This document shows positions 34,421 to 44,539 of a stretch of DNA of 64,000 nucleotides, one piece after another. The position numbers were made by a program, and so were the translations under genes. This DNA comes from an uncultured Enterobacterales bacterium (GTDB lineage Bacteria > Myxococcota_A > UBA796 > JAFGLY01), in contig CAZEJJ010000016.1 of the NCBI GenBank assembly GCA_964512185.1, forward strand, positions 64 through 64,063, in the 5' to 3' direction. Numbering within the stretch: position 1 is the first letter of the stretch; each line of letters begins with the position of its first letter. The notes under the pieces are model-generated. The model was not told the origin of the DNA and searched no databases. It saw nothing but the letters and a program-made list of their open reading frames with translations.

Positions 34421-35842
34421 CTACCTCGCCCGCACCTTGCGCCGCCGGGGCGGCCGCTTGATGGGCTTCGCGCTGGCGGCCTTGCCCTCCAGCACCGCCA
34501 TCGTCTCCACGTGGGGAGTGTGGGGGAACATGTCGTAGGCGCTGCAGCTGGAGAGCTCCAGGCCACAGAGGGCCAGATCGGCGAGATCCCTGGCCAGGCT
34601 GCGCGGATTGCAGGAGAGATAGATGAGCTTCACCGGCTCCAGGGCGCGGATGCCTTCCACCACCGATGGCTCCAGGCCGCGCCGGGGCGGGTTGACCAGC
34701 ACCACCGGCGCCCGACCCCCCAGCCGCTGCCGCACCTCGTCGAGCTTGTCTTCCACACGCCCCGCCATGAACTCGGCGGGGACCTCGTTGAGGGAGGCGT
34801 TGCTCCGCGCACGGATGACCGCGCTGGCGACCTCCTCGACCCCCAGCGCCCAGCCAGCGCGACGCGCAGCGGCCAGGGTGAGCCCACCCACCCCGCAGTA
34901 GAGATCCACCACGGGCCGCTCCGCGGGCAAGTGCTGGACCAGGTCGCGCAGGATGCGCTCCGCCACCCCGGGGTTGGTCTGGAAGAAGTCCCCAGCGCCC
35001 ACCCGCAGCCGCAGCCCGGCCAGGCGTTCTTCGATGTAGGGCTGCCCGTCCAGCTGGCGGGTCCGCACCGAGCCGTCTTCGGCGTGCTCGAAGATGTTGT
35101 TCCCTTCGGAGGCGTTCACGTGCACGTGCACGCCGACCAGCTGCGGCAGCTTGCCCGACAGCTCCTCGGCCAGATCTCGCAGCAGGGGGTTGCGGCGCGC
35201 CGCCACCAGCGTGATCAGCACCCTGCCCGTGGCCCGGCTCTGGCGCATGACCACGTAGCGCAGCAGGCCCCGCTTCTTGCGAGGATCGTAGGGCCAGATG
35301 TCCTTGGTGATCACCAGGTGGGCCACCAGCTTCATGGCCTCCCGCAGCGCCTCGGTGGCCACCAGACAGCCCGGAATGGGGATCACATCGCGAGAGTTTC
35401 GACCGAAGGCCCCCAGCCGGATGTGCCCGCGATCGGAGCTGCCCACCGCCAGCTTGACCAGGTGCCGGTACTCGCGGTCACCATCGGGCCCGGCCACCAC
35501 CTCCCGAGGGGCGAGATCGGGAAGCCCGGCCTGGGAGAAGATCCGCCGCAGCATCCCCAGCCGCTGCTCTGCCTGACCTGCCAGATCCATGTGCATCCAG
35601 GGGCAGCCACCACAGGGTGAGTAGCGGTCGCAGGGGGGATCGATGCGATGGGGGTGGGGCTTGTCCACCGCTCCATCCCAGCGACCCTGGTTCCGGTGCT
35701 GACCGTGATGAAAGACATGCACGTGGCAGCGCTCTCCGACGATGCCCTGCCAGACGGTCAAGGGGGGGCGCTGGTTGTTGCAGATGGGCTCTCCACCGGA
35801 GAGCCAGCCGTCGGGGGTCGCGACGGTGTTCCAATGACCCAT
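34421..35842 (-). CDS. rlmD: 23S rRNA (uracil-5)-methyltransferase RlmD/RumA
   Basis: CDRYSPCGGC Fe-S motif, DFFQTN, VVDLYCGVG, VNPPRRG, YLSCNP, DMFPHTPHVE. Confidence 0.92.
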   Translation of the reverse strand: MGHWNTVATPDGWLSGGEPICNNQRPPLTVWQGIVGERCHVHVFHHGQHRNQGRWDGAVDKPHPHRIDPPCDRYSPCGGCPWMHMDLAGQAEQRLGMLRRIFSQAGLPDLAPREVVAGPDGDREYRHLVKLAVGSSDRGHIRLGAFGRNSRDVIPIPGCLVATEALREAMKLVAHLVITKDIWPYDPRKKRGLLRYVVMRQSRATGRVLITLVAARRNPLLRDLAEELSGKLPQLVGVHVHVNASEGNNIFEHAEDGSVRTRQLDGQPYIEERLAGLRLRVGAGDFFQTNPGVAERILRDLVQHLPAERPVVDLYCGVGGLTLAAARRAGWALGVEEVASAVIRARSNASLNEVPAEFMAGRVEDKLDEVRQRLGGRAPVVLVNPPRRGLEPSVVEGIRALEPVKLIYLSCNPRSLARDLADLALCGLELSSCSAYDMFPHTPHVETMAVLEGKAASAKPIKRPPRRRKVRAR

Positions 35843-36059
35843 GGGAGCCTCTCGCATCGGGGTGAGCCGCTGAAGCCCTTTGCGCCGTCGCGAGCCCGCG
35901 CGCCACTCCCAGGCATCGAACAGCAGGAGTGCGAGCGAGGCCAGGGGTGCCGGATCTGAGGCAGAGAAAGAGACGAGAGCGCGTTTTCCATCTCATTTTT
36001 CCTCCATCTTGGGCGGCAGGTTCCTGCCCACCCCTGGAATTTTCTTCAAGGTGTTGCCC

Positions 36060-36086
36060 TTGACAAAACAAGAGTCATGCTATCCT
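36060..36086 (+). promoter_or_regulatory. Possible sigma-70 promoter for the LysM gene
   Basis: TTGACA at 36060 and extended -10 TGcTATCCT ending 36086; the 15-nt spacer is short. Confidence 0.35.
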
Positions 36087-36165
36087 CCACAATGGCCCTG
36101 CCCCCCGCCCGATCTTCGCCGCGGGGACCCCTCCCCACTGAATCCTGCTCCTGCGGAATGCTGCC

Positions 36166-37080
36166 ATGACCACCCCCGAAGCACTGGTGTACGACGACAG
36201 CTCCTCGGCCGATCCCTCCATCGGCGTCATCGAGACCATCTCCCGCTCCCTCACGGAAGCGGGCGTCGAGCCTACTCCCCTGATCTACGAAGAAGCCCTG
36301 GAGCTGGCCCGCAACGGCCTGCTGGGCGCCTCGCGTGACCGCCTGCGCATGCTGCTCTGCCTCGACCCGGAGAACGGCGACGCGCGGCTGCTGCTGGCCA
36401 AGGTCTTCGTTGGTCAGCAGCGCTGGTCCGACGCCCTGTCCCAGCTGGACGCAGCCCGGGCCCTCGGGGTCCAGGTGCCCTCCTCCCTGCAGGCCAAAGT
36501 GGAGAGCGGGCTGGAGACCGAGCGCAACGCCCTGGAGCTGCAGTCCCAGCGCGCGGCCACCCGCGAGCAGGCCGAGCTCAAGGCCCTGCGCTCCGAGGCG
36601 CGCCGCCTGCGCACCGACAACACCCGCCTGGCGCGCGACCGCAAGCAGCTGCGCGGCCGGATCACCACCTGGTCCGCCTCCACGGCGGTGCTGGCCGGTG
36701 TCAGCCTTGTGCTGCTGGTCTTCCTGTGGCTCGGTCCCAGCGAGACCGACGCGGTGGCCACCAACACCGAGATCGAGCAGGCCCCGCCGGCGGTGGCCCA
36801 GCTGGAGGCCGCCGAGGAGCCCGTGCTGTCCGAGGCCGCGCTCGAGGTAGACCAGCCGGCAGAGGTGCTGGAGATCCTCAGAGAGGAGCCCGCCCCCGGG
36901 ATCGCGCCTCCCACCAGCGGCCCGCGCACCCACGAGGTGGTCAGCGGCGACAGCCTCTACGAGATCGCCCGCGCCTACTACGGCGACGGCAGCAAGTGGA
37001 AGGCCATCAAGGACGCCAACCCCGAGAAGATCGGCCGCCGCAACCGGCTGTCGCTGGGCACCAAGCTGACCATCCCCTAG
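36166..37080 (+). CDS. TPR / coiled-coil / TM / C-terminal LysM protein
   Basis: LysM HEVVSGDSLYEIARAYYGDGSKWKAIKDAN; TPR LLCLDPENGDARLLLAK; one TM segment. Confidence 0.85.
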   Translation: MTTPEALVYDDSSSADPSIGVIETISRSLTEAGVEPTPLIYEEALELARNGLLGASRDRLRMLLCLDPENGDARLLLAKVFVGQQRWSDALSQLDAARALGVQVPSSLQAKVESGLETERNALELQSQRAATREQAELKALRSEARRLRTDNTRLARDRKQLRGRITTWSASTAVLAGVSLVLLVFLWLGPSETDAVATNTEIEQAPPAVAQLEAAEEPVLSEAALEVDQPAEVLEILREEPAPGIAPPTSGPRTHEVVSGDSLYEIARAYYGDGSKWKAIKDANPEKIGRRNRLSLGTKLTIP

Positions 37081-37312
37081 TGCACGCGCTCGGAAGTTCC
37101 CAGCCACCCCCACAAGCCACCCTCGCGTGCACTATGCGACCGCGCAGCGGTCGCCTGGGGGGCGCGCCGAAGGCGCGGTGGGGGGTGAGGCCCCCCGAAA
37201 AAGCCTGGTGCCCGTGTGCCGCGGAGCGGCATGTACGGTCGCTGGCGACCGTACGGCCGAAGTATCTGGCCGTCCAGCAGGGTGGGTAGATACTTCTGGG
37301 CACGGGCGCTAG
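37078..37312. mobile_element. Miniature non-coding repeat element family A, copy 2 (235 bp)
   Basis: Near-identical to 21956-22190, same orientation, flanked by CTAG on both sides. Confidence 0.85.
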
Positions 37313-37340
37313 CGCACAGCGCAGACCGGACGCTGCGCGG

Positions 37341-38657
37341 TCAGTAGCTGATCTTGCCTTCCTTCTTGAGGCGCTTCATGCGCTCGAGCCGGCGCTTGGA
37401 CCCCTTGTGCCTGCTCTCCTTCCAGGCCCGCTTGTAGTAGTCCTCGGCGGTGCTGTACTCCCGCTTGCGGTAGTGGAAGCCCGCCAGCCGGTACAGGCTG
37501 GTGCCCCGGTACTCCGGGATGAGGTCGTAGCTCAGGTACAGGTTCATCTCCTGGATGGCCTGGTCCATGCGCCGGCTGCGTGAGTAGACCAGCGCGCGGT
37601 AGTAGTGCACACGCTCGTTGTCAGGCGCGTCCACGAGGATCTCCTCGCAGATCTCCTCGGACCTGCTGAAGCGCCGCAGGTAGATGTAGATGCGGGCCAG
37701 CACCAGGTTGTTGATCACGTTGTCGGGGTAGGTGCGGTAGCCCCGCAGCGAAGACCCCAGCGCTCGCTTGAGATCCCGCTCTTCGAGGTAGGTGAACACC
37801 AGCGCCAGCGTGGTGGGGGCGCTGACGAAGATGCCGTGGGTCTCCACGTACTTCATCTGGGCGATGCCCTCGGCCCGCTTGTCTTCGAAGTCGGGCAGCA
37901 CCTTGCTGCTCAGGGTGACCACGGATCGCCAGTAGTTGTAGATACCATCGGCCAGCACCAGGTCCGGGAAGTCGGGGGCGGCTTCCTTGGCCCGCTCGAT
38001 GGAGCGCAGGGCCTCGTAGGCCTTGGTGAGGGCTGACACGAAGTTGAGCTTGCGGGTCTCGTGGATGGCGTCCACCCCGATCACGCCGGTGAGCAGAAAG
38101 TTGTCCCAGGCGTCGTTGCCCGGCATGTCCACCGCTTCGTCCACCCTGCTGCGCGCCTCGCGCCACTGCAGCTCCCACTGCTGCTCGTAGTCGAAGTCGA
38201 AGTTCTCGAGCATCAGTGCCTGGTACACCAGACCCCGCCCCACCGGACCGATGGCCGACCTGGGCCACTTGCTGTCCATCAGGCCCCAGTGGTCCATCGC
38301 CCCCTTGTAGTCCCGCAGATAGACCGCCTCGAGCCCCTGCCGTGCGTCGTGCACGAACTCGGGCTCGAGCCCGAGCAGCTCGGCGCCGCGGTACACCACG
38401 TTGGGGTAGGGCCGGTTGGCCATCTCCATCAGGTCCTCGCGGGTGATGGGCGACGAGCTCTCTTCAGGGAGCCCCTCGATGGCTGGCACCGGGTTCCGGG
38501 TGACGGCGCTCTCTCCCAGGTCCTCCCGGGCCTGCTCCTCTTCGCTGGGCTCTCCCTCCGAGCCGCCGGAGCTGCGCGAGGTCTGCGCCCAGGCCTGGTG
38601 GGTGGGCCAGACCAGCAGCAGGCTGGCGGCGAACATGGCTCCTAGGGTGGACCTCAT
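37341..38657 (-). CDS. Exported TPR-repeat protein
   Basis: Signal peptide (LLVWPTHQAWA); TPRs (ILVDAPDNERVHYYRALVY). Confidence 0.75.
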   Translation of the reverse strand: MRSTLGAMFAASLLLVWPTHQAWAQTSRSSGGSEGEPSEEEQAREDLGESAVTRNPVPAIEGLPEESSSPITREDLMEMANRPYPNVVYRGAELLGLEPEFVHDARQGLEAVYLRDYKGAMDHWGLMDSKWPRSAIGPVGRGLVYQALMLENFDFDYEQQWELQWREARSRVDEAVDMPGNDAWDNFLLTGVIGVDAIHETRKLNFVSALTKAYEALRSIERAKEAAPDFPDLVLADGIYNYWRSVVTLSSKVLPDFEDKRAEGIAQMKYVETHGIFVSAPTTLALVFTYLEERDLKRALGSSLRGYRTYPDNVINNLVLARIYIYLRRFSRSEEICEEILVDAPDNERVHYYRALVYSRSRRMDQAIQEMNLYLSYDLIPEYRGTSLYRLAGFHYRKREYSTAEDYYKRAWKESRHKGSKRRLERMKRLKKEGKISY

Positions 38658-39607
38658 GGCGTTCCTCCGTGGAAATGACGCGCCCGCGACAGGGCGGCGT
38701 CCACGATCTCTTCTTCCAGTCGCACACCCATGAAGCGGTTGGCCTCCTGGATGCCGGTGGGGCTGGTCACGTTGATCTCCGTGAGCCGGCCGTCGATGAC
38801 GTCGAGCCCGACGAAGACCATACCCCTGCGCTTCAATTCTGGTCCCACCGCGGCGCAGATGGCGCGATCCCGGTCGTCCAGCTCACAGGGCTCGGCTCGG
38901 GCCCCCACGTGCATGTTGCCGCGGTGATCCTGCTCGCCGGGCACGCGGTTCAGCCAGCCTCTCGGTTCGCCATCCACCAGGATGATGCGCTTGTCACCCT
39001 GGGCGATCCCGGGCAGGTAGCGTTGCACGAGGATGGCCCGCTGGCCTTGTTCTGTGAGCAGCTCCGCCAGGGCGTTCAGGTTCGGATCACCGCGCCCGGT
39101 GAGCACCACCCCGCGGCCCCCACAGCCATCCCAGGGCTTGAGCACGGCACGGCCCATGCGCTCCACTGTGAGGCGCACATGGGCCAGGTCGGAGCTGATC
39201 ACCGTGTCGGGGCAGTGCTCGGGCCAGCGCAGCGCGTAGAGCTTCTCGTTGGCGAGCTTCAGCGCCACCGGATCGTTGATCACGGTGGTGTGCCGGGCAG
39301 CCAGGTCCAGCAGGTAGGTGGTGAACAGGTAGCCCAGATCGTAGGGGGGATCGCGACGCATCCACACCAGGTCACAGTCCGCCAGCGGCAGCTGACGTGG
39401 CTCGAGGGAGCGATGGCCGGGGGCCTGGTCCTGAAGCAGCAGATCCTGGGCGCGGGCCAGCACCCGGCCCTCCTCCAGGAAGAGATCCCTCGCTTCACAC
39501 CAGGACACGGGCCAGCCGCGCCGCCAGCACTCGCGCATGAGCATCCAGGTGGAGTCGGTCTGCAAGTCGATACCCCACACGGGATCCATCACGAACAGGG
39601 AGCGCAT
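38654..39607 (-). CDS. gshB: Glutathione synthetase
   Basis: SLFVMDP, VWMRRDPP, NEKLY, KPWDGCGGRGV, GDKRIILVDG, RGNMHVG, TEINVTSPTG. Confidence 0.92.
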   Translation of the reverse strand: MRSLFVMDPVWGIDLQTDSTWMLMRECWRRGWPVSWCEARDLFLEEGRVLARAQDLLLQDQAPGHRSLEPRQLPLADCDLVWMRRDPPYDLGYLFTTYLLDLAARHTTVINDPVALKLANEKLYALRWPEHCPDTVISSDLAHVRLTVERMGRAVLKPWDGCGGRGVVLTGRGDPNLNALAELLTEQGQRAILVQRYLPGIAQGDKRIILVDGEPRGWLNRVPGEQDHRGNMHVGARAEPCELDDRDRAICAAVGPELKRRGMVFVGLDVIDGRLTEINVTSPTGIQEANRFMGVRLEEEIVDAALSRARHFHGGTP

Positions 39608-39660
39608 CGCTTCTCCGATAGGGGGGCACTCGTCAGGATCTGAAGGGATAGCACACGACA

Positions 39661-41034
39661 CTACTTCCCGATGCAGAAGCGGGAGAAGACCTCGTCCAGC
39701 ACCTCTTCCCGCACGCCGCTGCCGCCCATGGCGTTCAGCCGCGACAGGGCCGCCAGGGTCTCCTCCGCGGCCACCGCCACCCCCGCCTCGCCGAGCAGGG
39801 CCTGGCAGGCCGCCGACAGCCCCTCGGCGGCCGCCAGCAGCAGCTGGCGCTGGCGCTGGCTGGCGATGACCGCGGCGCTCGCTCCAGGCTCTTCGCCAGC
39901 CAGCCCGGCTGCGATGGCTGCGCGCAGTGCGGGCAGACCGCTGCCATCCAGGGCGCAGGTGGACAGCAGCGCCTGGCCTCCGATGCGAGACACCGCGCCG
40001 AGCCGATCGGCGTGGTTTCCCACCACCACTCGGGGCCGGCCCTCGGTCCGCTCCAGCACCCGCTGGCTCTCGTGCAGCTCGGGGAGGTGGGCAGGCAGGA
40101 CCACCACCACCAGGTCCACCTGGCCCATCAGCTCGTCGCGCAGGGACAGCCCTTCGCGCTCGAGCCCGCTCGCATCCAGGTTCTCGCCGGCGGTATCCAT
40201 CAGGCAGATCGGGAGACCCTCCACGTCCACCTGGGCTTCCAGCAGGTCGCGGGTGGTGCCCGGCTCGGCGCTCACCAGGGCTCGGTGCTGATCCAGCAAG
40301 GCGTTGAACAAACTGCTCTTTCCAGCATTGACCGGACCCAGCAGCGCCACCCGCGCACCCTGCACCTGCACCCGGGCTCGCCGGAAGCTGCGGGCCACGC
40401 CCCTCAGCTCCACCTCGAGCTCGCGCAGGCGCGCGGCCAGGGCGCTGTCGTCCTGCACGCCCCCCAGCGGGTCCAGCTGATCGGGGAAGTCCAGCCGGGC
40501 CTCGAGCTCGGCGGCGCAGGCGAGCAGCCGCTCCTCCATGCCCTGCACCCAGGACCCAAGCTTGCCGCGCAGGCCGCTGGCGGCCGCCACCAGGCCCTGG
40601 GGAGAGCGGGCCTCGATGGCCTGCAGCACAGCCTCGGCTCGCAGCAGATCCAACCGACCATTCTGCCAGGCTCGCCTGGTGAATTCGCCGGGGAGGGCCG
40701 GCCGGGCCCCGGCGGCCACGCAGGCCGCCAGCAGCCGCTCCACCAGCAGCGGGTTGCCATGACAGGAGATCTCGGCGCTGTCCTCACCCGTGTAGGAGCG
40801 CGGCCCGGGCATCCAGGTCAGCAGACCCTGGTCCACCGGGCCGCTGGCATCGCGGATCGACACCAGCACCGCACGCCTGGCGGTGGGCAGGCCCCCGGGA
40901 CGGGGGCAGACCTCGGCCAGGATCTGGCCCACAGCGGGCCCCGACAGCCGCACCACCGCGATGGCGCTGCGCCCCCAGGGCGTGGCGCAGGCGACGATGG
41001 TGTCCACGGCCTGGGGGATCCGCTGGCGGATCAC
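39661..41034 (-). CDS. mnmE: tRNA modification GTPase MnmE
   Basis: DTIVACATP, AVVRLSG, YTGEDSAEISCHG, PGEFTRRA, GPVNAGKSSLFNAL, PGTTRD, FSRFCIGK; start approximate. Confidence 0.92.
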   Translation of the reverse strand: MIRQRIPQAVDTIVACATPWGRSAIAVVRLSGPAVGQILAEVCPRPGGLPTARRAVLVSIRDASGPVDQGLLTWMPGPRSYTGEDSAEISCHGNPLLVERLLAACVAAGARPALPGEFTRRAWQNGRLDLLRAEAVLQAIEARSPQGLVAAASGLRGKLGSWVQGMEERLLACAAELEARLDFPDQLDPLGGVQDDSALAARLRELEVELRGVARSFRRARVQVQGARVALLGPVNAGKSSLFNALLDQHRALVSAEPGTTRDLLEAQVDVEGLPICLMDTAGENLDASGLEREGLSLRDELMGQVDLVVVVLPAHLPELHESQRVLERTEGRPRVVVGNHADRLGAVSRIGGQALLSTCALDGSGLPALRAAIAAGLAGEEPGASAAVIASQRQRQLLLAAAEGLSAACQALLGEAGVAVAAEETLAALSRLNAMGGSGVREEVLDEVFSRFCIGK

Positions 41035-41041
41035 CTCGGGA

Positions 41042-42001
41042 TCAAGCCTCGGCAGTGGTTTCCGGCGCCGCTCCACCCCCATCGGGGAGGATGCGCACCT
41101 GCTTGTGGGAGCCATCTCCCACCGACTCGGTGACCACGCCTTCGTAGTCGGCCACCACCATGTGCACGATGCGCCGGGCGTAGCTGTTGAGCTCCTTGCG
41201 GATCAGCTCAGCCTCGCCGGTCTTCTTGACACGTCGGGCCACCCGGTGGGCCAGGCGCTCGATGTCCTGCTGGCGGGTGCGGTCGCGCTTCTCGTCCCTT
41301 CCGCGATCGTCGTCACGGCCACGATCCCGGTCACGCCCACGGTCGCGGTCGCGGTCGCGGTCGCGGTCGCGGCTGCGATGGTCTCCTCGGTCGCGGTCGC
41401 GTCCCCGACCACGGTCGCGGTCTCGATCGCGGCCACGGCCACGATCCCGGTCACGGTCTCGATCGCGGCCACGGCCACGATCCCGGTCACGCCCACGGTC
41501 GCGGTCGCGGTCGCGGTCGCGGTCATCGCGCCGATTGTCCGCCACGTCGATCTTGTAGCTGAAATCGGGGTTGGCCTTGCCCACCACCTCTTGCAGCAGG
41601 GTGTGAACGGCTTCCAGCGTGACACCCCGTCGGCCCACCAGGTGCCCACCACGCTCGGTGATCACCTTGAGCGTGATGGTGCCATCGAGGATCCGGGCCT
41701 GGACCTGGGCCTCGAAGTCCATCTTCTTCAGCAGCTCGGCCAGCCAGGCCCGCGCTGCCTCGGTGGCCTCGATGACGGCCGGATCGCTGGGCCACACGAA
41801 GACCTTGACAGTGTCCATGCCCTGGACGGCGCCGGTCTTGGCGCTCCGGAAATGGGAGATGTCGAGCTTGTGCTCCACCATGGAGGGCTCCAGGTCCAGG
41901 GCCTTGGCGCCCGCATGGATGGCCTCTACCAGGGAGTCACCCTCGCCGGTGACCGCATCGGGGTGGGGCAGTGCTGGGGTGTTGGTCGCTTCTTCCGTCA
42001 T
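41042..42001 (-). CDS. jag: Jag/EloR (KhpB) RNA-binding protein with KH and R3H domains and an Arg-Asp repeat insert
   Basis: GHLVGRRGVTLEAV (KH), LNSYARRIVH (R3H); position between yidC and mnmE. Confidence 0.85.
   Translation of the reverse strand: MTEEATNTPALPHPDAVTGEGDSLVEAIHAGAKALDLEPSMVEHKLDISHFRSAKTGAVQGMDTVKVFVWPSDPAVIEATEAARAWLAELLKKMDFEAQVQARILDGTITLKVITERGGHLVGRRGVTLEAVHTLLQEVVGKANPDFSYKIDVADNRRDDRDRDRDRDRGRDRDRGRGRDRDRDRDRGRGRDRDRDRGRGRDRDRGDHRSRDRDRDRDRDRGRDRDRGRDDDRGRDEKRDRTRQQDIERLAHRVARRVKKTGEAELIRKELNSYARRIVHMVVADYEGVVTESVGDGSHKQVRILPDGGGAAPETTAEA
41275..41540 (-). repeat. (RD)n/RG low-complexity coding repeat within jag
   Basis: Runs of cggtcg and duplicated blocks encoding DRDRDRDRGRDRDRGRG... 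Confidence 0.9.
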
Positions 42002-43794
42002 CGCTTTCTCCTCGCCTTCTTCTTCTTGGATTCCTTGGTACGCTCGACAACCGGAGCCTTCTCCGCCTCTTTGGAGGGCTTCTTCACGATGGGGTCGCCG
42101 TACTTCTTGCGGATGTAGAGCTGCTGCAGGATGGTCAGCACGCTGTTGATGGTGATGTAGAGGCACAGGCCTGAGGGCAGGCTGAACATGATGAAGATGA
42201 AGATGAGCGGCATGAGCCGGAACATCTTCTGCTGCATGGGATCCACGCCGGCCATGGGGGTCATCCACTGCTGACCCAGCATGAGCACGCCCACGAGGAT
42301 GGGCAGCACGGCGAAGGGATCCTGGGCGGAGAGGTCTTGCCAGAGCAGGAACTCGCTGCGGTACAGATCGACGCTGTAGAGCAAGGTGGAGTAGAGCGCG
42401 AACCAGATGGGCATCTGGATGACCATGGGCAGGCAGCCGCTCATGGGGTTGACGCCGTGCTCCTTGAACAGGCGCATCTGCTCCTGGGCCTGCATCTCGC
42501 GATCGTCCTTGTACTTCTCCTTGAGCTCGGTCATGAGCGGCTGGATCTTCTTCATCTCCTGCTGGGAGCGGAAGGACTTCTGCGTGAGCGGGAAGAACAC
42601 GCCCTTGACCAGCAGGGTGAGCACGATGATGGCCAGACCCCAGTTGCCCACGAAGCCGTGCACGCTCACCAGCAGCCAGTAGAGGATCTTGGCGAAGAAG
42701 CCGAAGAAACCGAACTGCACCGATTTTTCGAGATCGTGGCCCAGCTCCTTGAGCTGCGCGTGCCCCTTGGGCCCGGCGTAGAGCATGAACTCCAGCTCGC
42801 GGGATCCCCCGGGCGCCAGGGTCTCGCGGTCGGAGACCAGGAAGACCCCGCCGGCGTCTTCACCCAGGGCGCTCGCGGTGAGCTGACCCCACCCCTGCTC
42901 CAAGGGAACGAGGGCGGTGAGGAAATAGCGGCTGGCGATGCCCAGCCAGGAGACCTGGCCCGGGCGCAGCACGGGACCCTTCTTCAGATCGTCGAGATCG
43001 TCCTCCACCTCGAGATCGCCCACCACCACCGAGGCGGGACGGGCGAAGTTGGAGAAGCGCGTGTACTTGCCCTCGAAGGTGTCGCCCACCCCGACCCACA
43101 GGCGCCCGGACATGGGCTGCTCGGTGGTGTTGGAGAAGCGCACGCTGAAGCGGCCCTGGTAGGGCTCCGGGCCAGCGCGGTAGTGCTTGGTGATCTTGAG
43201 GCCGCTGGGAGCGACGCGCTCGAAGAGGGCCTCGGTGTCGCTGACGGAGACCTGCACGTAGTCGCCGTCCTGGAAGCCGGAGTCCATACCGCCGGCGAGG
43301 CCCAGCGTTGCATCGCTGGTGAGCAATCGCTCCGGCAGGACGCCACCGTTATAGGGCTTCCAGCCGCCCTCAGCCTCGCCCTTGACCTTGGCAAAGAGCC
43401 AGCTGTGCAGGGCATTCACGTCGTAGGGGCCGGGGTGCTGGGGGAGCTGCAGCTGACGGAGCACACCGCCACGGCTGCTCCACTCCGCTGTCCAGTCCGA
43501 GGAGACCAGCGGGTAGGTCTCCTCGGGCAGGCTGCCGGTGGCCACGGCTGCCGGGGCCGCCGGAGGGAGCTCGGGGCTGGCAGCGATCTGGCTCGTGGCG
43601 AGCTCGGTGGGGCCGGTGGACGGGAGGGGCGCTTCGGAGCCGGCCGCCACTTGTTCGCTGGCGCCATCCTGGGGAAGCACCATCTGGTCGGATCCACCCT
43701 GCGGAGCGATCCAGGCGGACCAGAGCCAGAAGACCGCGAGGCTCAGCACGATGGCCAGAATGGCTCTCTTCTCTGTGCCGTCGTTCTCGTTCAC
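41998..43794 (-). CDS. yidC: Membrane protein insertase YidC
   Basis: GNWGLAIIVLTLLVK, QPLMTELKEKY, GVNPMSGCLP, QMPIWFALY, LPSGLCLY. Confidence 0.95.
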   Translation of the reverse strand: MNENDGTEKRAILAIVLSLAVFWLWSAWIAPQGGSDQMVLPQDGASEQVAAGSEAPLPSTGPTELATSQIAASPELPPAAPAAVATGSLPEETYPLVSSDWTAEWSSRGGVLRQLQLPQHPGPYDVNALHSWLFAKVKGEAEGGWKPYNGGVLPERLLTSDATLGLAGGMDSGFQDGDYVQVSVSDTEALFERVAPSGLKITKHYRAGPEPYQGRFSVRFSNTTEQPMSGRLWVGVGDTFEGKYTRFSNFARPASVVVGDLEVEDDLDDLKKGPVLRPGQVSWLGIASRYFLTALVPLEQGWGQLTASALGEDAGGVFLVSDRETLAPGGSRELEFMLYAGPKGHAQLKELGHDLEKSVQFGFFGFFAKILYWLLVSVHGFVGNWGLAIIVLTLLVKGVFFPLTQKSFRSQQEMKKIQPLMTELKEKYKDDREMQAQEQMRLFKEHGVNPMSGCLPMVIQMPIWFALYSTLLYSVDLYRSEFLLWQDLSAQDPFAVLPILVGVLMLGQQWMTPMAGVDPMQQKMFRLMPLIFIFIMFSLPSGLCLYITINSVLTILQQLYIRKKYGDPIVKKPSKEAEKAPVVERTKESKKKKARRKR

Positions 43795-44072
43795 TTGGGA
43801 TCCTCTCCCGCCGGTGCGGTCGATGCGCCTTGCTCGTCCAGCGCTTCTATCGCCCTGGGCGCTGGCGGCACGGGGTCGTAACCGCCTGGATGGAACGGGT
43901 GGCAGCGAAGGATGCGTCGGGCGCCCAGGAAAGTGCCGCGCAGGGCGCCGTGAATATGCAGCGCCTGGAGAGTGTAATCAGAACAGCTCGGATGGAAACG
44001 GCAAACTGGAGGCATCCAGGATCGAGTCAGGATCTGGTAGAGGCGAACCAGCGCCGTGAGGAGCCGCCTCAT
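43791..44072 (-). CDS. yidD: Membrane protein insertion efficiency factor YidD
   Basis: CRFHPSCSDY, RILRCHPFHPGGYDPVP. Confidence 0.95.
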   Translation of the reverse strand: MRRLLTALVRLYQILTRSWMPPVCRFHPSCSDYTLQALHIHGALRGTFLGARRILRCHPFHPGGYDPVPPAPRAIEALDEQGASTAPAGEDPK

Positions 44073-44539
44073 GGCCTCCTCCTGCCGATGCGCTGCAGCG
44101 CCTTCTCCACCTGCTCCTCCAGGCTGCGTGCGTCCGCTCGAGCCGCCGAGGGACGCGCGATGAAGACCAGGTCCCAGCAACCCGCCAGCTCGCGACGGTG
44201 ACGCCGCATGGCCTCTCGCAGCCAGCGCTTGACCCGGTTCCGCACCACCGCGTTGCCCACCTTGCGGCTCACCGCCATGCCGAAGCGGCTCGCGGTGCTG
44301 GTGCCGGGCGCGAAGACCACCACCAGATGCGCGAAGCGCAGCCGCCGGCCCGTGGACTGGACGCGGCGGTAGTCGCGCGATGCGCGGAGCCGGAGGTGTC
44401 GGGGGAAGCCGTGCTGACCCGGAGCTAACGCCCCTTGGACGGTACCGTGACCACCAGACGCTGGCGGCCCTTGGTCCGACGACGGGCGATTATCTTCCGA
44501 CCCCCGGCGGTCCTCATCCTGGCGCGGAAGCCGTGACAA
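44069..44539 (-). CDS. rnpA: Ribonuclease P protein component (start codon problematic)
   Basis: [32 protein letters not shown]; the only in-frame NTG upstream of the core is TTG 44539, inside rpmH. Confidence 0.9.
   Translation of the reverse strand: MSRLPRQDEDRRGSEDNRPSSDQGPPASGGHGTVQGALAPGQHGFPRHLRLRASRDYRRVQSTGRRLRFAHLVVVFAPGTSTASRFGMAVSRKVGNAVVRNRVKRWLREAMRRHRRELAGCWDLVFIARPSAARADARSLEEQVEKALQRIGRRRP

Noticed and set aside
35100-35135. TTCACGTGCACGTG as a parS site
   Set aside because: Lacks the full GTTTCACGTGAAAC palindrome and encodes HVHVN in rlmD
21956-37312. Family A repeats as a CRISPR array, tRNA or group II intron remnant
   Set aside because: Two isolated long copies with no repeat-spacer structure, no cloverleaf and no convincing domain V catalytic triad
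38654-39607. gshB directly downstream of mnmE as a novel functional link
   Set aside because: An ordinary enzyme; adjacency alone gives no evidence of coupling
41275-41540. cggtcg tandem repeats as a non-coding VNTR or CRISPR
   Set aside because: They are in-frame coding repeats within jag
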